A DNA stretch of 62,734 bases, the filler included. It is 6 parts of 6 records of this genome, joined end to end, with 100 filler letters (N's around TTAATTAATTAA, not from the genome) between each part and the next. Parts side by side here need not be neighbours in the genome. Positions count along the whole stretch, not along the records: positions 46,729 to 55,607 come from DRR378314_2007; positions 55,708 to 62,734 come from DRR378314_2020; 4 more parts are not named here. One strand, given 5' to 3'. The position numbers and the translations under genes are program-made. Shown one piece after another: positions 53,159-62,734 of this stretch. The notes beneath the pieces are model-generated. The model ran no database searches and was not told where the DNA came from. It saw nothing but the letters and a program-made list of their open reading frames with translations. The stretch's first letter is position 1, and every line of letters starts with the position of its first letter.

Positions 53159-54812
53159 CTTGGGGACACTCGTATCGATACGAGCGTCCATCAGACCACC
53201 ATCGTACAGATCGCGATAGATCTCTGCCGTGCGCGTTTGCGTTCCCATGTCTAGTTCTCCCAGGAGTTTGCGAACACTCTGCACAAGGAGAGTATGCAAA
53301 ATTAGGTATACGTACGGACGTGTGAAGCAAGGAAGGACAATCGCAGCTATGAATGGAGAACGCGCGGCTGTCGCATTCTTCTGGGCGATGAAGCGCGCCC
53401 AATGATCACATGCCAAGGTTTCTGCTTCGGAAAGCGACCGAGCAGCGCATTTTCTCGCAAAGGAAGTAGACAGAAACGGTACAAGAACGAGCAAGGGAAG
53501 ATATAAACTCTTTGAAATTCATGCTTTACCACTGAGGATCAAAGGAAAACGTACAAGTCTTTTCACCTAAAGGGGGTGCACATCGATTATGCAGGTGCTG
53601 TGTTGGGAGAAAGCTTAACGCTCTTGATAAGCAGTACCTTGGTTTGCTCTGGCGACGCATCAAACCGCTGCCGAAGCCGAACATTGATTGCATAAGGATC
53701 AGATTCACAGAAAATAACGCTTGCGTTTGCAATATGCCGCAGTTCGTTCATGATGGCACCGCCGAAACTTCCGCGCACGCTTGCCGCCATCTCAGCAGTT
53801 GGACCGCGAGCAGCGTTGTAGATGAAGGGCGAGTAGAAGGAGCGATCCAAAAACACTACGTTGTGACGAAACGCCTCGGGATTCTCCGCGTGCATTTTCC
53901 AGAATTTCTCAATCGAGCATTGCAAATTGTGCATCCATTTGAGCGAGAGCGTTACCGATTGGGGAGACAAGTGTGGATTCTGGACGTGTTCACATAGCAT
54001 CATAGAGCAACGAGAAACTTGCGCTGAGGAAGGGCGCTCGTGCTTGCTCATTTAGAGATACGCGACAGCACACGACACAAGTTGAACGTTGCTTGTGCTT
54101 TTCATCCATTACAATAGTGAAATTGGAAATCCTATAAGCAACATACACATTTCGAGAGGCGGACGACAAGGCTCTGGGTGTGAAAGGAGCGCGAAGCCTC
54201 CGCCGAGAGTTTTTGCTGTGCAGGGACAACCCTTCAATGAGCATACAGACGCAGATTTCGCTACGGCACCACGGACCTCTTGGCACAACTCCACGAAGTT
54301 TTCATAATGTACACAAAATCCCATTCGCTCGAGCTTTTTACACATCATCGATTTTCCTGCGAGCAGCGGTAAGCCGGACACGGAGAGCATCCACATCCGT
54401 CAAGCAACATGAGCTGCAGCGGCAGCTTGGCTTTGCGAGCATCCTCGCGCGAACCGCCGGAGAAGTTGGCGAAGAACGGCACAGCTGACGAGCTCGGCCC
54501 ACGTTTGGGAGGAAACCACGGGCAGGGGGTCGCTTTTCGGTACTAGTGTAGTGCAATACTGGAATTTCTATCTTGACGCAATATACTTTGACTGAAAAAA
54601 GGAGCATGGCGGTCCTACGAGGAAGCCTCACGATTGTTGGGCAGGGAGGTGGCAGGCGACGCGCTTGGTGCGCAGACGAACTCGCGGAGTACACACCTGT
54701 GCACGCAGCGCCCTCGAGAAATACGAGGTGCAAGCGCGAAGACTCTTGCGAACGGCGAACGAGCTCGGGATCTTCTGGAAGTCGAGTTGGATCTATATCA
54801 TCTGCACCATCT
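53159..54812 (-). CDS. Spliced P-loop nucleoside/nucleotide kinase-like protein (dNK/TMK-like); exons ~54812-54697, 54356-54277, 53979-53638, 53278-53159; both ends uncertain
   Basis: GT-AG splicing rebuilds Walker A LVFLEGAACTG|KS, then VHYENF, VFLDRSFYSPFIY, RLRQR and RIDTS; intron phases are compatible. Confidence 0.75.
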
Positions 54813-55607
54813 CTGTGAACATCGTGCCGTCCCGGGAGACCGTGCGACGATAGAAAGCAGGCGCGGCCAACAGAGGACGCGCTGCGCGCTGCGGAAGCAG
54901 GGCGACGCGTGTGTGCACAACTGCGCAGCACCGCCAGCGCAACACGACTCCTAGCAAGCATATCGAGACGATACCTCCTTATCCTAACCAACAACTGCGT
55001 TGAAACTTTCTCCCAGTGCTCGAACTGTGGCGCAAGTGGTAGTGTCCAACGAGCTTTTCGCGGGAGCTATGCCACCTGGTAAGGAGTGTGTTGTGCTGGA
55101 ATTTGCACAGATGGCGGTGCAAGACTGCAGGCGACGATACGCCGGCGCACTTGGTGAGTGGGAAAGAAATCATCCCGTTTCTCCCTGCGCGCAAACGAGA
55201 GCATTTCCTGTAAACCTATTATCTCAACCTATAACAGTCGAGTCCCTGCTGCGTCCGCTGCGCTGTCCCCCACCGTTCGCGCGCGCCATTCGTCGCTCCA
55301 CGCTGCGACCGGACTTCCACTTCGCGTTTATAACATATTTTTCCATCACAGAGCTCAAAGGCGGCGCGAAGGCCGTATAGGGCGTCCCCGGACGGAGTGC
55401 GGGCTGCTGCTGAGCGGGGCGCCCGGTCGCCGTCCGCGTCGCCCTGCGCGCGTAGTGGGATAAATTTCCCTCCAGCGCTCGTCGCGCGCTCGCGACGACG
55501 CCGACGTGTACGCGACCGACGCCTGCTGTACACGTGGTCCATAGCGCGCGCCGCCGCAGCATAAAGCGCGAGCGCTCGGGCACGCGCAACGACAGCAGTT
55601 TTTTTTT

Positions 55608-55707
55608 NNNNNNNNNNNNNNNNNNNNNNNNNNNNNNNNNNNNNNNNNNNNTTAATTAATTAANNNNNNNNNNNNNNNNNNNNNNNNNNNNNNNNNNNNN
55701 NNNNNNN
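55608..55707. other. Artificial contig-joining spacer
   Basis: N44-TTAATTAATTAA-N44. Confidence 0.97.
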
Positions 55708-58700
55708 GAGTGAGCGGACGCCAAGCCGCCGGCGTTCTTGTGACGGGCGACCGTTGCGGCACCATGGCGGCCGGCTGTCGCCGCCCCAAGCTGCAAGAGA
55801 ACCACCGCTAGGGTGAGAATTCTAGAGAATACAGCGACAAAACATCCAAAAATAACATCGTAAGAACACAGAAGCACATGAAGGAATCCTAGTTTCGCAG
55901 TTTGGTGGCAGCAAGACCAGCTAGCGCAGGCCTCAAGTCGCTTTCCGGTCTCTCCTTGATTCGGCAACCTTTCCCGCGCGTGCAAAAAGGGTGGCACAGA
56001 AGAATCCGCCTCGGCAGCGGGGGGCCACCAGGCCACTTCTGTCAGCGCCCGCCTGCACGGTGACGCCGACGCGGCAGCGTTTCTTGCTTCCTGAATGGAA
56101 GCGGAGGAAGTGATCGCAGCCCCTTGCGAGAACAAGAATCGGAAACAGCTGCTCACTAGCGCAGTGGGCCAAGGGGATAGCGTGACGTGCGCGGCGATAA
56201 ACGAGCACCCACAGGAAACTGTACCGCGCATGAACCAGGAACGCACAGGAAAACCTTCCGCATCGCGAACGAGAACGGGTATCAAAGCACGACCAGCAAG
56301 AGTCTGGCAAATATGCAAGGTGCACAACGCGCACGAACGACGGCGTGAGCTGTGGAGCCCAGCGAAAGGGGAGAGCTTCTCTGCCCTAGTTCAAGTGTGC
56401 GACACTTTAGTAAAACAGAGCAGCGCCTTGCCCGTTCCCGAAGCAAGGTGCTCTGCCCCGTGTGGGTTGGTTCTCGCTTCCTTTCCCCGAATTGCGTGCG
56501 CCCTTGTTACACAGTCACACAGGGCTACCGGCCGCCCAGGTCCAGCCGCAGCAGAGTTGCGCGTTCCGCACGCTCCCCGGCACAACAAATAAAGCTACAC
56601 AAGGCCACTGAAACTCTCTATGTGAATATGAATGTCTGAAAGGAGCACATAAGGCGCGGGTTTTTGTAAAGGGTGGAAGAAGGTGTGCAGGTGTGCCCCA
56701 CATTGACCTGTTGCTTGGCGTGCACGATGCTCTGTCCAGCGTTCCGCTTGTACCTGTCCCTGCGCGCTCGTCAACGACATCGCTGCACACCCTTGCGTGC
56801 CCGTGCTTTACAGGCGCGTGTCCCTGGCGCGCTTTACCTCTTCTCCTTCCTCCGCACTCGCGGAGCGCTGCGCAGAAAAGCACTGTGCCCAGCTGATCGC
56901 TTCTGCAATATAAACTATGTCAGTAACCAAAACAAAAAGCAACAACAACGGAACTTCGTTATGCCAAACCTGTGTGCCTGCAAGCGTTGGCTGCGCTGCG
57001 AAACGTGACCTGTGCCGCGTTGCTCGCCACTTCTGCACACTCCGCAGTTCCAGCGCGGCGCTGTTTGCCGTGCTGTTCGCAGCGACCCCGCGTCCTTGCG
57101 CATACACTGGCACCTTGCAGCGTGCTAAATTCCCCTTAGTATGTAAGAATGCACAGGTGCTGCTAGACGTGCCACGTGCGTAGCCGTCCTTCGTCACTAT
57201 ACCGCATGCTAAGGATGTCAAGTTGGGCGCCACATGCCGTCCGCGGAGCAACGCTCTCGCCCAAGCGAGCTCGGCACCAGCGCCAACAGTGCAGCGACCA
57301 GGACGATCGCCGGCTATCGCAAACGACGCCTACCAATCAGGCTACCTTGCACCCCAAAGAGCGGAAGCATGGTGAATGATTCGCAGTAGCCGTACACACA
57401 CGGTTGCTTCAAGCGCGTTTTGCTCTCAAACGGGTAAGACGCCCGTAGCAGCAACAGCTCGTCGCAAACGTTGGCTCGCTGCAAAAAGCTAATTCCTGCG
57501 GGACCGAAGGCAACAGAGCATCCTCTCTGCTGCTTAAGAAGCATGCTTGGATTTGCTTCCCCTCCCCGGCAGAGCTCGAGCAAACCTTCAAGCCCGTCAG
57601 TTGGACAGAGCCCCATCGCTCACTTTGCCAAACAAAACAACAGCAACAACAAAAAAAACCGTTATCGATTGTCCAAGAATGTTGCGCGTTCCGAACGGCT
57701 GTTCTAGTACTGCTCCTCTCAAGCACGCCAAAGCATCTTTGCTCAGGCACGGGTCGCCTTGCAAGTCCAACTCCTGTGCGGAACACAGTCGCGCATGCAG
57801 TCCTTCCTGCGACCGCGGTGCTTTGCTTCCAGCGCAGGTCCCTAAATGAACAACACACGGCCGACTCCCCCGCGCTTCTTTCAGCGCAGCGATCTCACAA
57901 GTACGAGCAGCTTACTCCCAGAAGCACGTTCATTCTTTTTCACAATGATTTAATTTATTCCAAGGCAACCATTTACTTTCTCTGCCGTACGCGCCGCCGC
58001 CCGGTACGCGTGGAAAATTACATGCAGCGGGGCTCTGCTTTTGCGTGCCACGCATAGGCGCGCCCCGCCGCACTAGAACCGCTGCACGCAGAGCTACTGC
58101 CACGGTCTACTACCCGCACAGCACCTTTGCCGCGCACTTGCCACTGGCCGGAGCCTGACGAATGCTATGGCCCGCCTTCTGTATCGGAGAGACTAAACAG
58201 CTTAGGGGGGAAAACACCCAGCACTGTTGCACGAACTGGCAGGCACAGCTGGCCTGCACTGGCACTTGCGCCGCTGTCCAGCTCCCAAACGCCACAACAG
58301 CGGGCAGCCGGCGCTCTGCAGAGTCGCCCAGAAGGTGCGGGCTGGCCCAAGTATTCATGCAATACCTTACACAGCGAAGATGCAACCCAAAGGATACTAT
58401 AGAAACGAGCATTTTCCACACTGGTAAGTTGACTCCAGCAGTACCTGAGCAGTTTTATGCAAAGGGCGCGTAGAGCGTGCATTCTTGGAAGATATTAACG
58501 ACGAGAGTCCATGCGACCCGCAGCCGCCCTCTCAGGGACGTTGCACCTTTCGCAGCTGCCTGGCCGTGGCGCCCAATACTGCACATTGTCACAGGTAGAG
58601 CCAATGCGCACGTAAGTATAGCACAATAACCAAAATTAATGTCTTTTTATCGATATTGGGGCACTTGAACGACTCTCTGGACGGAGAGAATCGTTCGCTG

Positions 58701-61700
58701 TTGTCGTGCGGGAACTTCCGGCGTTCACAACATAAGATAGGGCGCAGAGCGTGGAGATGACGGATGCGCAACACGGTCAAGGGCACCAGACGGCTGTGCT
58801 TCCTGCGGACCCAGAATCGAAGACTGCACACTTGCAGAAAGATTATATTCCTGCGAACATATTTCTATCCTAACCTCTTCTCTTGGACAATAAAGGGGTT
58901 GATGAATACACATGCGGTTCGACCGTTTCAGCACCAGCACCCAGCCGCTAGGCGCACGTCGAGCAGCAGGACTGCGGTGCCCGATCCTGCGCGCTTCCGC
59001 TAGCTAGATACCACGGAGGAGAGCGTGCTGATCAGATAGGCCCATGCCCTGGCTACAATACAGCTACACAGCAATGTGGATGAGCGGCACGATCTACGCG
59101 GCATACTTGTGAGTAGCTGGACAGTGCCCGAGGCTGGCGAGAAGCCTGCCAGTCGCTCCGTTACGTGTTTCGCGCCCTCGATGCTGGCTACCGAGTGCGT
59201 TCTCCTAGCAGCAGCTCGTTCCGTGAGCCCGATCTGCCAGACCCCCACACATTGTACCAATGTCGCCGCGCTTGTGTACAGCTCAAATGGTCCAACACAG
59301 TGCGAAAATTCTCATAGATGAAATATAATCGGTAGACATTTATCGAGATCGCGTGCTTGCGGAAAGAGTCTTGCTACCGCATGACTGGAAGCCTTCGATC
59401 GGTTGCTTCCCTCGCCTCGCCCTTCCCTTGCATGACGTGAGGATTATTCGATCATCACAAGCCCCAGCACGATCGCTGCAAGTCCGCCCGAGTTCCACCA
59501 TGTAGCAAGAAAGGTATATCGCCGCTCTCACATGTATCGTTGCACATCACCGTGCGCTGCTCTTCAACATGCTGTATGATGGGCACTATCAAAACCAGTA
59601 CTAACCTTTTGCTATTGCGGGAGACAGCTTTCGACACCTTTTGTTTCCCAAGCTGTTCATGGCGCAAGAAGACAGGACGTGCCCCATTGCGAGCAAGCAC
59701 TCAGAATCCGACAGGCCATCGCTTTCTACCGCATCGATACTCGCCCTTGAGCATCTTTGGAACGGAGAAAACGAGATCGTGAGCATCAGAAACTCACAAC
59801 AGAGGTAAAGCAGGTGCAAAGGTAGGCGCACCCGCGCAGGCTTCCGGCCGCCTGCACACACAATCGCCCTCTCGGCGGGCCAACGAAAGCCGCCTCCCCA
59901 TACGTGCGCACCAAAGCGAGAACCCTACATACGGCTGCGTACGTTGGTGCAACATGAGGCGACAAGTTACGTTGAGAAATTAGTAACCAATATTACCATT
60001 CCAAAAGAGCGATGCAGCTCTGCCTTGACCCAAGGCACCCGCGTTTAACAGCTCCAACGATTTTCAACGCAACCTACCTGCAAAGTCGCGCCCGGCAGAA
60101 AGGAAAAACTCAGCGCAGTTTCTTATTCCGCGCAGCCACGCGTGTCATGAAAGCCAGCTTTTTAGGCAGCTCCAATATGTTCCTGCACCATATATAGAAC
60201 TCATAGCTATTGTTGGCCGGATAGACACAATCTTTCCGCTCCGAAACGAACAACCGCACAAACCTCTGAAAGTGCCGCACTTGCAAGCAGCGGCTCTGGG
60301 GCCACACCAAGAGCGGGAACGCGAACTTATTGGCTCTCGATGAGCGGAGGCAGATGAGAAGTGATGACCGACTTGCGCAGGAGTGAGTCGAGGCTCCACC
60401 GATCCAAAATAATGGCGATTTTATCTTATCGAAGAGGAAAATACGTCCGTGTGCAGAGCCTGGTGACTCACGTTTTTTGGATCATGTAAAATCTGTACAC
60501 CGCACGCAACCCATCAGTGCAACCGTCCGCGCAAACCTCGAGGGCGCAGCAACAGCATTAGGCGCGCCTGGAGCATGCAAAGCTCACACACGGAGCGTAC
60601 ACACATTATATTAGATGTAAAATTCTTTTGTGTGTAAAGCAACGCAACCGGCGGTCCCAACTTGGCAAAACGCGCTCTATTGACGCGTAGAACGAAACCC
60701 GGGGTTTCGTCCGTGGCTTGAAACTGAGCTGTGCACTGCCGAACTATGCCAAAAACGCTGTGTGTTGCATTTGAGCGAACCTCGATGCACTCACAGAAGT
60801 AAGTATAAATATAAATGCTTTCTTCCGAGTTAGCAAATCAAAAGCCAGCCGTGGAAAAAGGGGAAATGGGGAGCCAGTCTCAGATGTGTTCGGCGAAACG
60901 CCGAAGCGCTCTGCCGCATGCAATCAGCTGGGCACAGCACCCGAGGGAGTACACTCTTACGGACTTGAGAATATACCAAAATTTCAGAACACGAGAAATA
61001 GCACATAGCAAGGGTACTGCTACAATAGCAGTAGCATAGCAACCTCGGAAACAACTCGGGCGCCAACTGCAAAGCGGCAGCCGAAGAGCAACTTGCGGAG
61101 CACCCATCTCGGCAGCAGCGGTCTTCGCTTGCAGGGCTTCACGCTCCTTTCAAACACATTCGCACTATTGATTATATGCATAGCACAGGGCTACTTCGAC
61201 AGAAATAAACCGGTGAGTAGCAGTGGGGAGATCACAATCCGTACGCTGTGCCTCACCCACGGTCCTATCGCGCACGCAGTTGAACTCGGCACGCGCTGCA
61301 GCACACCCAGCACACACCGCAGCCACACGCACAGAGCAAACGCCACCGTCGTCGCGCCCGCGAATGCTACGATCCATATCTCCACACATCCACGGCAGGA
61401 GGCACAAGAACGATCACGAATGGCGTTTGAGCTATTGCGCATCACAACACAGTCGCGGGGCTACAGTGCGAAACACATGCCCACGTCGAGGAGTCGTGAC
61501 CTGAGAGCAGTTTGCACAACCCTCCCCTTAACCATCGACAGTTCGCCTCCACCGGCAGTAGCCACCAGAACCCCACCAGCTTGTATTCAATACCGAAAAC
61601 GACTGTATCACTCGGTTTACACGAACTTTTTAATTAATACTATTGCACTGCCTTGAAAACCAATGCGCTATATGCCGGAAATCCTCTTCGCACCGCCGTC

Positions 61701-61801
61701 AAACGCGCGCATCTGGGAAAAATTTCTCGCAGGAATCGGGCGGCTTGTCACGAAAGCATCATATACCGTCGTTGCAGAAGAGCTCCGCACCCCCACAGAG
61801 G

Positions 61802-62680
61802 CTATACTTTCTTGCCATCAACCGTAAAGTCGTAAAGGTACCACGTTTTACGCAGATGGCTCGGCGGTAGCCTCTCCGATGTGAAAAAGTTCACGTTTGC
61901 GACCGATGGTGTGGCACGATAGCCGCGCGACGCAGCCACTGCCGCCAGCGCGTAGCTTCCGTGCCCAGTGAACAAGCACGGCGCGGAAGCCATCCGCACC
62001 CAGTCGCTGTCCGGAGTTCCCGTAGAGTCCACTTCGATCGTCAAAGAAGGGTACCGCTCTTTAAGGACATCCCGAAATTCTTCAATCATTTTCATCCCCT
62101 TGCTGATTGTTTCATCAGAGGAGCGGTGGCGGATATTGCCAGACGCAAGTAGAACAACACGGTTCACGGGAACGCGATCCTTGGCGATCCACCGCGCCAT
62201 GGCGTCTCCGACATCGCGCGGACCAACAACGCCCTCGTGTATCGTATCGCCAAGGCGATAGTGGACAACGCACGTGCCCGGTGGATCTTTTGGGTACTCG
62301 GTTGCAAGCATCCCGTAGCATTGTCCGATTACCAGAGCGGAAGAGGCTTGGAAAGCTTCCAGTACCTCGTCCCAAAGCGGATAAAAGTAAATCCACCAAT
62401 ATTCTGATGCTCGCTCACGGAAGTAATCAGATACTTTCGTAGTCGGAAACACAGCGGGGTAGTGCGTGCGCAAGCAGTGCAGCAGGGTCGCCCCCTTTGT
62501 TCCCGTCAAAGATCTGCACAGTTTCGCATTGTGCCAAATTCGAACGAAAAGCAGCCGGTGACGCATCATCAGAGCAAAGCGTATACCATCACAGGGAGGC
62601 CAAGCCGTCCTGGCGTTGGCGCGCATCCACGACCCTCCACTGCTTAGGGCTGGCCAAGCCTCTTCCCTGCCATACTCCTC
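61802..62680 (-). CDS. Fucosyltransferase-like (GT11/GT23-type) glycosyltransferase, probable terminal exon
   Basis: VVHYRLGD (HxRxGD GDP-sugar motif) and PDSDWVRMASA...GHGSYA; preceded by a long polypyrimidine tract and an AG acceptor at 62682-62681. Confidence 0.65.
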   Translation of the reverse strand, partial: EEYGREEAWPALSSGGSWMRANARTAWPPCDGIRFALMMRHRLLFVRIWHNAKLCRSLTGTKGATLLHCLRTHYPAVFPTTKVSDYFRERASEYWWIYFYPLWDEVLEAFQASSALVIGQCYGMLATEYPKDPPGTCVVHYRLGDTIHEGVVGPRDVGDAMARWIAKDRVPVNRVVLLASGNIRHRSSDETISKGMKMIEEFRDVLKERYPSLTIEVDSTGTPDSDWVRMASAPCLFTGHGSYALAAVAASRGYRATPSVANVNFFTSERLPPSHLRKTWYLYDFTVDGKKV

Positions 62681-62734
62681 CTTGCCCGAACAAAAAAAAA
62701 AAGAAAAAAAAAAAAGAGAAAGATTCACAGGATA

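Noticed and set aside
55708-61800. Numerous short ORFs in contig 6
   Set aside because: No recognisable domain or convincing spliced gene model; treated as intergenic or intronic.
1-62734. CRISPR arrays, tRNA/rRNA genes, transposases, integrases and prophage genes
   Set aside because: None were recognised by manual reading; a tRNAscan or Infernal run would be needed to exclude small RNAs.

Overview
This window is not one genomic locus. It is six contigs joined by five identical artificial spacers (44 N + TTAATTAATTAA + 44 N), and it mixes two organisms. Contigs 2-4 (13841-46628) are gene-dense alphaproteobacterial DNA of Rhodobacteraceae/Roseobacter type: rsgA, a cobalamin riboswitch, dnaX-ybaB-recR, RNase T2, trcR, ArsR plus permease, tauR-xsc with TauR boxes, ade-amn, HU, gpx/msrBA, queG, fzlA, mtgA, gltB, a Tad/Flp pilus locus and an Lhr-type helicase. 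Contigs 1, 5 and 6 look eukaryotic. Contig 5 has GT-AG introns in CHMP2A/Vps2, lysyl-tRNA synthetase and a dNK/TMK-like P-loop kinase. Contig 6 has a fucosyltransferase-like terminal exon. Contig 1 is the most interesting part. It carries a 1099-codon minus-strand ORF missing from the ORF track (it runs off the window edge) that encodes a GREB1-like, apparently circularly permuted SF2 helicase, plus a TKL-like pseudokinase and a small basic protein with an apparently circularly permuted GIY-YIG domain. All three are intronless and co-oriented. On the bacterial side, a candidate leader-peptide attenuator lies upstream of rsgA, and a B12 riboswitch controls a Cys-rich hypothetical gene. All family assignments come from reading motifs by eye; no database search was run.
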